A stretch of 51,928 nucleotides of DNA, filler included, from Bipalium vagum (lineage: Eukaryota), in assembly GCA_037834085.1 (NCBI GenBank). It is 3 parts of 3 records of this genome, joined end to end, with 100 filler letters (N's around TTAATTAATTAA, not from the genome) between each part and the next. Parts side by side here need not be neighbours in the genome. Positions count along the whole stretch, not along the records: positions 17,519 to 34,118 come from JBBMKC010103612.1; positions 34,219 to 51,928 come from JBBMKC010054666.1; 1 more part is not named here. One strand, written 5' to 3'. A model generated the notes under the pieces. It made no database searches, had not been told where the DNA came from, and saw nothing but the letters and a program-made list of their open reading frames with translations. Both the position numbers and the translations under genes were made by a program. Positions 25,636-38,041 of the stretch are shown piece after piece (the first letter of the stretch is position 1; the number at the start of each line of letters is the position of its first letter).

Positions 25636-26183
25636 GACCCAGTAGAAGATTTAAAAGATTTTGTGAAAACCTTCAAACTGCCTTACTGAACTGTCAGTCT
25701 ATATCAGCTTCATGTACTAAGTCAAATCCCACTGATATTGGTCCAAACCCAGTTGCATGTATTGAGTGCAATGTGGAGCAAACACCTAGTCAACAAAACT
25801 ATTTATCAAAAGACTATGTTTTCAAATATCCATCAAATCAGACTTCAAATACAAGCTTAATCAGTGTCAGTAGCAAATCAGGGGAATCTCAATCATCTAG
25901 CAAGCCGTCTTCTAGTCCTCCAAAGAATGAGAATTCTGTCTGTGTTTTAGTTGCAGATATTAACTCAGGGCAAAATAATAATAGCAACAATAATAACAAT
26001 AATGATAATAGTAGTAATAAAAATCAATGCGAAAAAAATTCTGTTGCATCAGTCATTACTGTTCAGACGTGTATTAGAAGCAATTCCATTGAAAAAACTA
26101 GTTTCAGTTCTTCAAATTCATCTTCATCACTTGCTCTGCTCAATAATGAAGAAGAGGTAATAAAATTATATTTAGTTTTTTAA
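25636..26183 (+). CDS. BRSK: BRSK/SAD-1 last large exon: end of KA1 plus Ser/Asn-rich tail
   Basis: catag|ga restores GPSRRFKRFCENLQTALL (BRSK GPSRRFKRVVETIQAQLL). Ends at TAA 26183, or splices at gag|gtaata (26156) across a 33-bp intron. Confidence 0.9.
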
Positions 26184-27086
26184 CACTAGCTGCGACGTCT
26201 GAGAATAATATGTGTGGGTGTTTCAGAGTCACAAACACGTTCTGATAATAAAGATCAATTAATTTTTGTTAATATAATCGATTTTCGGTTCACTGCAATA
26301 AATTATTTAATCTTAATAATATGGATATCGATTATAGATTTACTATACTTTCATTTTTTCTTTAAATATCGAAATATCAATATTTTATTTATAAACTTAT
26401 TTTGATAAGTTAATTTTTTTAAAATGCTTTTTATTACTTTGTGTCCTAAAATTGTATTACATATATATTTTATATTTTTCTCTTAATAAAGTGATAATTT
26501 GGTTCATTGGTTTGAATTGTGCAAATTAAGCTCGTGAAATTTTTTTGAATAGATTTTTTTCTAAAATATTTTAAAAATATTATATATTCCTCTGCTTCTT
26601 TATGTAGAAGAAAAGAACTTTTTATAGAACTTATTAAATTTAAGGTCATCTCATTAAGAATTACGTTTTTTAGGTTTTTAAAAAACTGTTTTAAGGAAAC
26701 AATTGATAAAAATCTTATCCAATAATATCTAATTATCAAAATTTACTGCGATAGTTAAAAAATATTTTAAAGAAAAATTGTCAACGAAAAAAGTAATTCT
26801 GCATTTTCATAACTTGGTTAAATTATTTATTTTAATGTTCATTTTCTCACACTGGCTTATTATGTCCAGGTTGCACATAGTTTTTAAAGAAAAAAGTCAA
26901 ATGGAAAATATTTTTCAAATATTCTTTTCTGTATGTTTGGTGAAAATTAATTTCACTTAACAAATTCGTAATTTATTTTCTGATTTTTATTCTAGTTATT
27001 CCTTTATGACATTATAATAATACTAATTATTTTAAAAGGTAACTCTGATAATTAATCATATTTGTTTAATAATTTTATTATTATTA

Positions 27087-28044
27087 CAAGGTGTTAAAAA
27101 ATATTGAGACAAATATTGTATTCAATTTTCAGCATTATTAACTATATGCAGTAAATTCAATTTAAAATGGTTTTTACGTAATTCATTATTATGAATAATG
27201 GTTTATTAAACTGAAAACACTAAAAAAATTTATACATATCTATTGAACAAAAGAAATTAATATTTGGTCCACATTCCGGATTAAAGGCTAGAGAATTTTT
27301 CAAGGCTCATACAATAACAAGGAATCAAAAATTAAAGCGATTGAAGTTGCAAGAAGATTCGCAGCAGGCTGATATATGTAGATTCCAATATCGAATGAGA
27401 AATGCTTCCATATTGAACAAGCGTACAACCTCCAAAAAACCTTCTATCCACTGACATGTTCCAAAAAATAAAATTTGCAGAAACTAATCTTCAGGGATGT
27501 CGTAATCAACAGCGGGAAGATTTTTTGAATCAAAGTCAAAAGCATTGACTACTCATCAATGTTGGAAGACAAAATCCTACCAAATACTAAGCAAAATTTC
27601 ATGCAAGGAAGCTGTACCTTACAGCAGGACAGTGGGCCATCTCAACAAACCAAAGATACCAAACATTGGATCTCTAAAAACTTTCTGGACTCGATTAAAG
27701 TGGATATGAGCTCACATGCCAAGCAAACAACATATCAGATCTGAGCTCTCTGGACTATTTCATTTGGTAAATTTTTAAGTCAAAGCCTGCATAGATTGAA
27801 ACACTTCAGAAGGATTTAATTAAGGCCTGGAAAGAAATTCTCATAGAAACCATAAAGAAGGCGTAGATGACTTCTTAAAGAGAGTAAAAGTGTGTATAGA
27901 GGCAAGGTGGTCATTTCGAATATAAATGAGATTTAAATATGTATTAAAATTTTTAAAACATAAAGTTGATTTTTTTACTTAATCTTGAATTTATTTTAAT
28001 GAATTTTGCTAACAATATTTGTCTCCATAATTTTTAAACACTCG
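27087..28044 (+). mobile_element. Tc1-like (maT/DD37D-type) element, internally deleted
   Basis: TIRs CAAGGTGTTAAAAAATATTGAGACAAATATTGT / ACAATATTTGTCTCCATAATTTTTAAACACTCG. Motifs SNEKCFHIEQAYN, QQDSGPS and DLSSLDYFIW. Confidence 0.82.
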
Positions 28045-28045
28045 A

Positions 28046-28062
28046 TATTATTATCATTATTA

Positions 28063-28110
<48 letters not shown>
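28046..28110. repeat. (ATT)n microsatellite
   Basis: Imperfect then perfect ATT run directly after the element TIR. Confidence 0.93.
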
Positions 28111-28322
28111 TTTATTAATATCATTAATAGTAGTAGTATTAGTAGTTATTAATATCAATAAAATTATTAATAATTCTTTTGTAAAATTATGTTACATTAA
28201 ATTCTTATAGTAAAAATTATTTAAATTTTGAAACTTAAGTACCGGAAATAAATAAATTTTTTTCTTAATGGTAATAATAATAATTATTATAATTTTTCTA
28301 CTAAAATTAAGGAATATAAATA

Positions 28323-29593
28323 TTAAAGGTATGTATAAGTTCACATCGCTTTAATACGAATAATTTTGACTAATATTATTACAAATAACACACTACATTC
28401 AATAAAAATGTTTCTCGTTATTATTAACATTTTTTTTACCATCTTTGAGGTAAAAGATGGATAGTCCGATGAAAAAAGTATTTTTTTTTTAAATTGAATG
28501 AAGTTTTCGATGAATTTTCGTATCTCTTAAATATTCCCGAATAGTATATCTGAAAGAATATGCTGCATGGAATGAAATATGTGATAATCTCAGGTGATGG
28601 CATCTGCAGAATATCCTGGGTGTAGTAGAATTTCCCAATTAAATTCCACCAAGGTTTCCCGGGTTCTTAATGCAACATGGGGTATGTTATTTTCGTGCAG
28701 AAGAATCACATTTTTCTGTTTGGTCGCATAATATGGCCGTTTTTCAATTATTTTCTCTTCGAACTGCTTCAATTGGTGGCTGTATAATTCCGCAGTAAAA
28801 GTTTCTGACGGTTTTAAAAATTCATCATAAAGAACTTCGTGCATGTCTCACCAGATACAAAGAAGATCTTTGTGATTATCAATACTTCGTTTTGGCTGTT
28901 ATGTGTCCGGTTCTCTAGGAATTAACCATAACTTTTTGCGATTGGGATTTGAATAATATATCCACTTTTCGTCCGGTCACAATTCTATGCAAGAGAGGCG
29001 TTTGTTTGTGTCTATTGAGAAGTCAAATACAAGTGGTGAGTCGGCTGGTAATGTTCTTCTTCTTTTTCATTTTCCTTCTTTATGAATCTTTTCCAACTGA
29101 TGTAACCGACGAATTATGGTGATCTGGTTAACATGTAATTTTCTTACTCATTCCACACTCGATTGAGTAAAATCCTATTTCAAAAATGCTTCTAAGTCAT
29201 CCGAACTCATCTGATGTGGCCGCCAAATAAGTTCTTTATCGTTCAAATCAAAAACACGATTTTTAAAGCGTCGATTGACGATATGAGATCTCGGCTACTA
29301 CTCCATCAGCACATGTATTGAAAATGATCCGAGTTGTTTCGGTTGATGTTTTGCTTTGATTAAACAAAAATAACATGCAGTGGTGTATATATGCATTTTT
29401 TTACTAACGTTATAATTTCTGAAAAGGAATTGGTAAACTAAATTAATATCAAATTAATAAATAATAATAAAATAAATTATAAATATAATCAATATTGACT
29501 TAAGCAAAATACAAATTTTTAGATTTATATTATTATTAATTTTACTTAAATTCCACATATACACCAGGGATATGAACTTATGCATATTCCTAA
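28323..29593 (-). mobile_element. Near full-length decayed mariner (about 1.27 kb)
   Basis: TA-flanked TIRs TTAAAGGTATGTATAAGTTCACATC / GATATGAACTTATGCATATTCCTAA. HCMLFLFNQ and the ORF with VILLHENNIPH...WEILLHPGYSAD. Confidence 0.92.
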
Positions 29594-29619
29594 TATATAA
29601 ATTTTTCTTTTGTGTGATA

Positions 29620-30300
29620 CACAGGTTGCTCGATAAGTATTGGAAACTGATAGTACTACATTAGCTAGGCGTGATCTGAATTTGAATTTTTTTATACACA
29701 TTCAAAAGTTTAACAGGTTATATGATTATTTCTAAAATAAATATTTTAAACATAAAGTTTCCTCAATTTAAAAATTGTATTAACTTGGTGTAATTTCTGT
29801 GCCATGGTTTTTATGATTTCCGACGAGGATTATTTCAACAGTAGTTCAATTTTGATGATCAAACCCTGTGCAAAGCTGTTATATATAGCAAGATTAAAGA
29901 ATTTAATAGTGGTCATTGTTTTCTGGCAGACGACTTCAGGGAAGGGCATCCAAAATCAGTTGATGTATCATCAAATATAGAAGCCATAGAAGAACTAAGA
30001 AAACTGATTGTTAGTCGATACTCAAACATCATTGCGTATTAATATGGCTAGTTATACCAAATATTTCATGAATATTTTTTTGTGAAAAAGTCTGTTCGTT
30101 CAATACAGTGTACATACATAAAATATTGTTTAGAAATTAGGTCTTGCTGATTGATCAAGAGAAATTATTAAGAAATTACATGTCAGATTTAAAACATTGA
30201 TACATGTGCTGAATTTTAGATATATGGATTTTTTTAAATTTACGAAACAATGAAATTAGTTTCAATTTGGGTACTTTAAAATAAATTATCAGTGAGGTTC
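29620..30300 (+). mobile_element. Mariner 5' remnant
   Basis: TA-CACAGGTTGCTCGATAAGTA start. FYDFRRGL and EFNSGHCFLADDFREGHPKSV. 3' end approximate. Confidence 0.72.
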
Positions 30301-30442
30301 ATTCAAAACAATATTTATCAATTTAAATTTATTTAAATGTTAAAAAAAATATAAAAATCTTATTTTTTTTAAAATATGATATTTAATTAAAGAAATGTCA
30401 AAGGATAACTAAAGTGTTATTATATATTTATATTTATTATAT

Positions 30443-31463
30443 ACTGTGCGCTAAAATTATCCTCCCATCTTGAAACGAATAGTAAAAACATTCATTTTGA
30501 TAGTTATAATTCATTTTTATTGCTCCTGACATCATCATAATTTATATATTGGTAAAGTACATGATTCGTTCAAAAATTTTCCGGACAAGCCTAATAAGGA
30601 TGTTAATTTTTAAAAGATTTTATATCATTTAAAACTACCAGTGTGTGGTAGTTACTATACAGAAATTCATTCGTATGTATTTATTTTAATGATGTTCGTA
30701 TTTAAACATATCTTTGCCGAGAACGTTTCAAAAGTTGAATATCACAGTTCCAATTGATTTTTCTTTTCGCTAGGACAATTCAACTAGGAGATTCTATCCA
30801 ATCTTGCAACGAAAATTCTGAGCATACACAAAATCTTTTTGAAAAATTTTATTCAAAATATTATAATCACGGGTGAAACTCCACTCATTCTGCATCTTCT
30901 ACAAACTAAACATCAACTTTTTAACGGAGGCTCTATTGTGGTATGGGCGGCTATGTCTTCTTAACAATTAAGTCCTTGATTGGACTTTCAATGGTGAGAA
31001 GTATGCCAAAGAAATCATTGAGTAAAACATAGTACCTTTTATGAAACAGTATAAAAATTTCTAGTTCCATCATGACAACACAGGTCATGCTTGTAAAGTT
31101 GCCATAACTGCTTTAAGCAAAATAACATTAATACAATTTCATTACCTTGTGGTCTCCGGATCTCTCCATTATAGACCATTTGTGGGATGTACTTGGCCGG
31201 AGATTGCAAACTGAGTATACGGAATCTCTTGCCTCCCTGGAATCTTTAAAAAATCGAATGAAAGTGCTTGTTCGACAATATACAATGCCGAATTGTGGAA
31301 TGCGCAGAATAGAATGATAGTCATACATGATATTGGTGGAAATTTTATCAATAAATATTTTGTTGACATTTTTATGTTTGTTTTAACAAAGTTAACTTAA
31401 TAGGGATTGTAAATTTCAATTTTTTGAAAAAACTTTTTTAGTGGGGGATAATTTTGGCACAGT
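30443..31463 (+). mobile_element. Tc1 (DD34E-type) element remnant
   Basis: TIRs ACTGTGCGCTAAAATTATCCTCCC / GGGGGATAATTTTGGCACAGT. Motifs GGSIVVWAAM, FHHDNTGH and WSPDLSIIDHLWDVLGRRL. Confidence 0.85.
30558..30850 (+). mobile_element. Probable mariner 5' fragment nested in the Tc1 element
   Basis: TACATGATTCGTTCAAAAATTTTCCGG resembles a mariner TIR and is followed by SKVEYH and a frameshifted IDFLFA-like start. Confidence 0.4.
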
Positions 31464-33141
31464 TTATATTTATATATTATTTATATATTTATACATACTT
31501 ACATAAATATGAATTGAAATAAATAAAAAAATTAACATTTATTTTAATAAAATAAAATTATTTAATGCCGATATAATTGTTTAACGTTTTTCTGCCACTG
31601 TATATATACGACCAATATACGTATACCAATCAGTATTATTTAATCGGTATAGGTTTTCAGATTGGTTTTTTTATAGAAGAATAAAATATTTTTATACAAT
31701 AATGGCTTTTGTTGAAGTTAATTTCCGGAAGTAAATTATGAATAACAGAGTTGACGTAATTAAAGAAAAATCCATTCGATAGTTATAAGAAATTATTAAA
31801 AGTAATTCACTATAATTATTTTGTCAATCATTAAAAGAGAAGTGTGGTTTTTGTCAAACTAACAACTGGGGACTGATAATATATTATTGAAATGTGCGAA
31901 GTTGGTTAATTTCTATATATATGGGTTAGAATGAGGTTTTAACAGTTTTCAATCGATTCGAATGAAAATTGTTTTATGAAAATTAATTTTATATTCGTGG
32001 TAAAATTATACTTATCAGCATGCTTTGTTTAATGGAAATTTTTTATCGACGATGTTTTAAAAATGGTATTTAGTTCTTTAGAAAGAATAATCTAAAATCT
32101 CATCTACACAAGACCACTTTAAAAATTCAATGTTATATTTTTATAAAGTTATTGATTGGTTCTTTTCATCAGTGTGTGGGTTCTAGGTCACAGATATTGT
32201 TTGAAATAAAAATTAATTTCTATATTATTATTACATATTTTGAGAATTTTGTTTTATTAATTGATTCAATCGGATAATTTTCTCGATGGAAAGAGGAGTG
32301 GAACACAACTGTTCAAGATTTTCGAAATATTTTACTTTTTTTGTATAAAAAGCAAATCACAAAATTTTCTTCAGGTTTGTGACAATAAACGATTCGGTGA
32401 TCAACAGTAAGAGCCGCACGCACATACTTCTCTACTGTTGCTACATCTCATTCGGGAAATGACGATAATTTTAATCTGTGATTATTCCAATTGAATTTTT
32501 GTATGGTTTTATTTCTGGTGGACTGGTGAGGTTGTCACTGTGTGGATCTTGCGCATTGATGATTATTAACCACGTTGTCACCTTGAATCCATCCGATATC
32601 ATATTTCTTGGCTGCTAGCACTAGTTTACCCCAATAGAAGAAAAAATAAAAATTTGTGATGGTGATAATGTTTTTGTCTGATCAATTGGCTCGTGCAATT
32701 CAAATATTGATTTTTTGAAAGGACTGGAAGATTTTTTCAGAGTAGTCTATAACATTATTAACCTCGATAGATCGAAAATCTTTTTTTCTCAAATAGGTTT
32801 GGTGATATAGAAAATTATTGGTGGTTTTAATTGGATTTATGCAACAGTTGTTGAAATTATTTAGTGTCTGTATCTTGTATGTTATATTTTTCTGTAGATG
32901 ACAATAATATCTGACAATAGGATTAGTTACAAATACTCAGTAAACATGACTGTTGTGAGTGTGATATATTAATTTGATTAAGTGAATTATTGACAATCAA
33001 TTTTTCTGTTCACACATTTTAAGGATTCTGAATTTGTATTTTTGATTTTTCAGATTAGAAGCTTTGTTGTTTGAGTTGCTGGTGAAGTTTGTCTTTCTTT
33101 TTCTGAATAAATAATTATTTGCATTGTTTTATTTCTATGAT

Positions 33142-33279
33142 NNNNNNNNNNNNNNNNNNNNNNNNNNNNNNNNNNNNNNNNNNNNNNNNNNNNNNNNNNN
33201 NNNNNNNNNNNNNNNNNNNNNNNNNNNNNNNNNNNNNNNNNNNNNNNNNNNNNNNNNNNNNNNNNNNNNNNNNNNNNNN
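33142..33279. other. Assembly gap (138 N)
   Basis: Run of N. Confidence 0.99.
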
Positions 33280-34029
33280 GATGAATTTGAAGATTTTAGA
33301 AATATCAACTTTAATTTATTATATAGCCATTGTAATATCTAAAGTAATTATAATTTATAAGCCTCTAGGTTGAAATTCTTTTAAATAAATATATGAAATT
33401 CAATTTAAATTTATTATATTTTCAATGATTCTTATAAATAATAAGAAAATATTTAATAATAAATAATTTGAAAAAGTTAACTAAGAACAGGAAACTTGCT
33501 TAAAAGAAACTCAACCGAAGCAGTGATAAAGAACCTGGACAAAGGTTTTGTTAAATGCCCTAAAAGATACAAAATGAATATCTGGAATTTAGATCCTTCA
33601 GTATTTCATTGATTATATATTCAAATTAATTCTGTTTTCATAATTTTATATTTTGGTGAAAAAAAGCGTTATAAGTGATCAATAACAATGTTACTATTTT
33701 TTTATTATAATCATGAAAATGATCTTATTATTCGAAAATATTTATTTAAATTATGAAATAAAGAACAAGTAACTTATTTTTATATTGAATTTATTGAAAA
33801 TCACGAACAGAATCCAAATATCTTAGACGAGAACCTATCCTAGGGGGTTAAGAAAAAACATTCGATTGTGTTATTCTTTAACGGCCCATAGGATCTTGAA
33901 ATAGATGTTAGCAGCAGCTTCAGAATTTGAACCGAAATTATTTTTTATCCCTTTTGGGTTGGCCAATTCTTGTATTGATTTTGTATTTAATAATTGATCA
34001 ATTTCTTTCGAATTTTTGTTTTTGCTATA

Positions 34030-34068
34030 TCAGATTGATAAATATACATCAATAAAATCAGTATATGT
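34030..34068 (-). CDS. Candidate terminal exon of the Kirre/Neph-like gene (TYTDFIDVYLSI*)
   Basis: ttatttatag| acceptor, phase 0, compatible with donor caa|gtatat at 34596. The intervening intron spans an assembly gap. Confidence 0.35.
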   Translation of the reverse strand, partial: TYTDFIDVYLSI

Positions 34069-34118
34069 CTATAAATAATATGCCTTATTCAATTTAATTT
34101 TAATTTTATTGCAGAAAA

Positions 34119-34218
34119 NNNNNNNNNNNNNNNNNNNNNNNNNNNNNNNNNNNNNNNNNNNNTTAATTAATTAANNNNNNNNNNNNNNNNNNNNNNNNNN
34201 NNNNNNNNNNNNNNNNNN
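34119..34218. other. Assembly gap with artificial six-frame-stop linker
   Basis: 44 N + TTAATTAATTAA + 44 N. Confidence 0.95.
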
Positions 34219-34224
34219 TAATAA

Positions 34225-34291
<67 letters not shown>
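34219..34291. repeat. (TAA)n microsatellite
   Basis: Near-perfect trinucleotide run abutting the gap. Confidence 0.96.
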
Positions 34292-34292
<1 letters not shown>

Positions 34293-34583
34293 GATAATAA
34301 TAAAGGATAATCTTAAAACACGACTTATGTATCTTGTGACAATAACCGTTTTGGATATTATATAATGTAAATGAGAAATATTACTGTAATATTTTAATAT
34401 TATTTGTTAACAGAAACGATTTAAAAATTTTCTACTTATTAATACATTATGACAATATAATATTTATTATTTTTGTTAATCATATTCAATTTCAGTCTAA
34501 AATATTTTTCACATAGACAAAATTAATATTGTTTTATTTTGCACGATAATCACATTAATATAATATTAATTAAAGATAGTGAA

Positions 34584-34840
34584 TCAAAAATATACTTGTT
34601 CAGAAATTGGATTTATGTCCTTAGTGTAAGATTGATAACAGTTAAGTTGAGATTCCAGATAATATCCTGATATGTTGTTCATTAGCGATTGGGTCTCAAG
34701 ATTGACCTTGCTTTCTTTCGGAGAAGTATTTCTAAAGTCTAAAATTTGTGATTCTTCTACGTCATTTACATAGGAATTCTGAAATTCTGACCCAAAACTT
34801 TTCTGATTTATTGGAGAATGGGATGGCTCTATGATCTCAC
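34584..34840 (-). CDS. Kirre/Neph-like receptor, cytoplasmic exon
   Basis: ctaatag| acceptor in phase 1 matches the TM exon donor. Open frame GEIIEPSHSPINQKSFGSEFQNSY...NPISEQ, then either donor at 34596 or VYF* at 34584. Not in the ORF track. Confidence 0.75.
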
Positions 34841-34972
34841 CTATTAGAATAAATTATCAATACAAAAGAAAAAGTTAAATATCTATAGAAAATGTTAAGA
34901 ATCTAGAAGTAAATGGTAAACGATATATTTGTGTAGTCTCATAAATAATGATGTTATTAAATTTATTAAATA

Positions 34973-35450
34973 TTGGGTGGTCAAAAATCATTTCAGTTTT
35001 TTCAAAAATATATAGGACGACATAAAAATAAAAATTGCAACGAATTTTAAAAGATGACCCTAAAAAGTAAAGTGCTTGCTGGATTCATATAAATTGAACG
35101 GCAAACAGAAGGAGCAGCGAGTAGAAGGTGTTTGTGGCCTACTAAGAGGTACATGAGGATGTTATTTTGATCTACGAAAATTGGCTTTATTGTGACAAGG
35201 AAGGTGATTGTTCACAACAACCTAGACGTATAATATCGGGATAAAAGTTCAATATCATTATTGGTATGAATTTCACAAAAGATTACTACGTTATGCATAC
35301 GATAAGTGTGTGTTAAAATTTTTGTTGAATTGACTTCATTATTTCTGGTAGTGTCTAAGTACTTTTTATCTTTATCACGTATAAATAATTCTTATTTTTA
35401 AATTGCAAACATCTTAAGCAATTTGTAGAATTGATTAAGCCAAATAAGGA
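34973..35450 (+). mobile_element. Highly deleted mariner remnant in intron
   Basis: TA-TTGGGTGGTCAAAAATCATTTCAGTTTTT TIR-like start and a FIVT...HNN fragment. End approximate. Confidence 0.5.
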
Positions 35451-35589
35451 ATTTTAATAAAAATAAATTATTTAAGTATTTTAATTTAGATAATTTTCTC
35501 CTCATTTTTTACTGCACACATAAACGAATATTTTCAAATGCTGTATTTACAAATAATAAATTTATTTAATAGATATAATTTTTTATTAC

Positions 35590-35730
35590 CTTTAATGTAG
35601 GCTGGGCGATGATTTACTGAAAATGATCGACTTTTTGATGTCCTGATTACATAGAAAATACCGAAAGCAAATATTAAGACTAATACAATTGCGCTTGAAC
35701 TTCCTATCACAAAGATCATGGGGAATTCCG
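35590..35730 (-). CDS. Kirre/Neph-like receptor, transmembrane exon
   Basis: tttcag|...g|gtaata, phase 1-1. AEFPMIFVIGSSSAIVLVLIFAFGIFYVI followed by basic RTSKSR. Confidence 0.88.
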
Positions 35731-36099
35731 CTGAAAAATAATTTTTTAATTAAAATAATTAAATTGTAAATATATCCTTATTTTCTGTAAATATAAAAAG
35801 TAATAAATTCAATTATTGAGTAATATCTGATGATTATTGAAAATCGAATAATTGAACAATAAATAATTAATTTAAATTAAAATAATTGTGTTACTTAAGT
35901 TTATGTCATCAAATGAACTCATATCAAGTTAATATAAAGAATTTTTATTTTTCCTGAAATTTATTAATACATTTTGTGAATAATATTTGAAATTATGTTT
36001 TTTGAGTTTTATGTTAAATATTCATCAGACAAATATATATTACATTATATGGAAATTTTAAAAATAATATTGGTATTATAAACTTAATATTGCTAATTA

Positions 36100-36620
36100 G
36101 ATAATATTTATTATAAAATAAGTCTCAACTAAAATGAGCGTTTACATAAATTCTATTCTTTTTCTTGGCTAGCCCAGGTTTTTTCTTACGAATGTTTGGA
36201 TCTAATTGACCCAAAGACCTATATAAAATTCACCTGTTATTGGTTTCTCCGTTTGGATTTAATCAATTAACAAAATTTCTTTACAATCCTAAAAACCCGA
36301 CGTCAATCTTTTTGACGATTTCGATAACTTCAACAGTTACTGAAATGAACAACAGGACTGAGCCAACTTGCAAACCATCGATTTTGATGGTGTGATATCA
36401 CCTAGTGCTTATATTATTTTATTTTTAAATTTTCATAGGTTTTAAGTTTTTTCACGAGAAATTTGATAACAGATTTAATTTTTTACATTTTCCATTTGTA
36501 AAAATTTTTATCCACTTAAATACTATTTATATTTTTCACTCAAAAAAATATAATTAAAAATTGCAAATCGAAAATTTTATAATCTGAAATTCTTGTTAGG
36601 ACATTTTAACACTACTTACG
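36100..36620 (-). mobile_element. Possible mariner (irritans-like) remnant
   Basis: Minus-strand ALGDITPSKSMVCKL resembles the mariner HTH. Boundaries approximate. Confidence 0.35.
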
Positions 36621-38041
36621 AATTTTAATCAATAAAAATCATCAAAATATTTAATTAATGTAACAATAAACATTCAACTAACCTAAAAATTGATATAAAT
36701 AGTTTATGATATAAAAAATAATGATTGATACAAAATGTTTACTTATTATCGTTTATTTTGTGATGATTGTAACAAATATTTACGAAAACCATCTTCAATA
36801 AATCAAATAGTCAAAAAATCATTTAAAAATCGTAGATAAAAAATTTCCAAAAACATGGAAATATGAGATGTGATATAAAATCGAAAACAGGAGCAGTCAT
36901 ATTTTATCATAAAAACATTCGACATCATCTCAGAAATCCGTTTATAAATATAAAGCTTATTTCAAAAATATGTAATTAAACATATTTAAATAAATAATTC
37001 ACTTTATTATAAGATACCTTAACTGTTTAAATCGGATTATATATAATAAATTATTTTTCAAAACATTAAGTTAGAAATATTTTTAGATCTAATTTTACGT
37101 GAAATATTTGATGAAACTTTAAAGTATTTGATAAAATTATTTTTTTTCTAAAATAAAATTAAGATAATTTCTTTACGAGATAAAATGAAAATAAATAAAA
37201 TTTATATATTCTCAACATTTATCCTACATAATAATATGGTTTCTAATTATCCATTTTCAATTTATTTAGTAAAACAAATATAAAAATATATAACAAAATA
37301 TAATTAACTCAGTAATAGTTTAATATTAAATGTTAATAAGTTAATTAAGAATAATAAAAAATTAAATTATTATTATTATTAATTCCAAAATCTGTATCAT
37401 AAAATAAATTATCGAAAAAAATTGTCCTTAAGTCCCTTTTCAACGGAATTCATTTAATTTCCCACTTTTTCTTTTGAAAATTTTAACGATATCACAACGA
37501 AAAGTAGCATTAGATAATTAATTTATCTTTATTCTCTCACTATCAAAATGACGAAATTCGTGATATATCCGAAAAATATTCACCATCTTTCACAATTGAT
37601 ATGGAAATTCATGAAATGAAGAATTAATACTATAATTATATTAGTAATAATATTTTATTTTCTTTAAAACTGACTTATTATAAAAAAAGGTTACGGTTGT
37701 GAATCAAATGTTTGTTTTTTGTGTTTGACATTTTTCGTTTTATTTAAAAAATTAATGAAATTATTGGAATTTGTAAGTTTGATTCTATTGAAATTTAAAT
37801 TTTATTAAATGAATGAATATTTTGTTTAAATGTCTAGAGGAAAGTTATAGAAAAGGTTTCCACCCACCGAAAAGTTCGGAAGATAGCTGATGTGTAAGGA
37901 ACGAAAAGGTTTAACCAAGGCGATACCAACAAAAGGAATCGATTATATTTTGTTTGACGGTAGATCAAAAATGTATCGTCAGTAATTTTAAAGTCAGTTC
38001 ATTATGCAATAGTTAAAAACTGTCATTAAATGAATATTATA

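Noticed and set aside
33119-33373. ORFs spanning X residues
   Set aside because: Artefacts of the N gap.
35053-35400. Extra cytoplasmic exon for the Ig gene
   Set aside because: Looks like a + strand mariner remnant, and the TM exon already joins in phase to 34840.
35805-35860. Hammerhead ribozyme around CTGATGA (also near 10640 and 16984)
   Set aside because: No stem II followed by GAAA and no stem III/UH geometry could be built.
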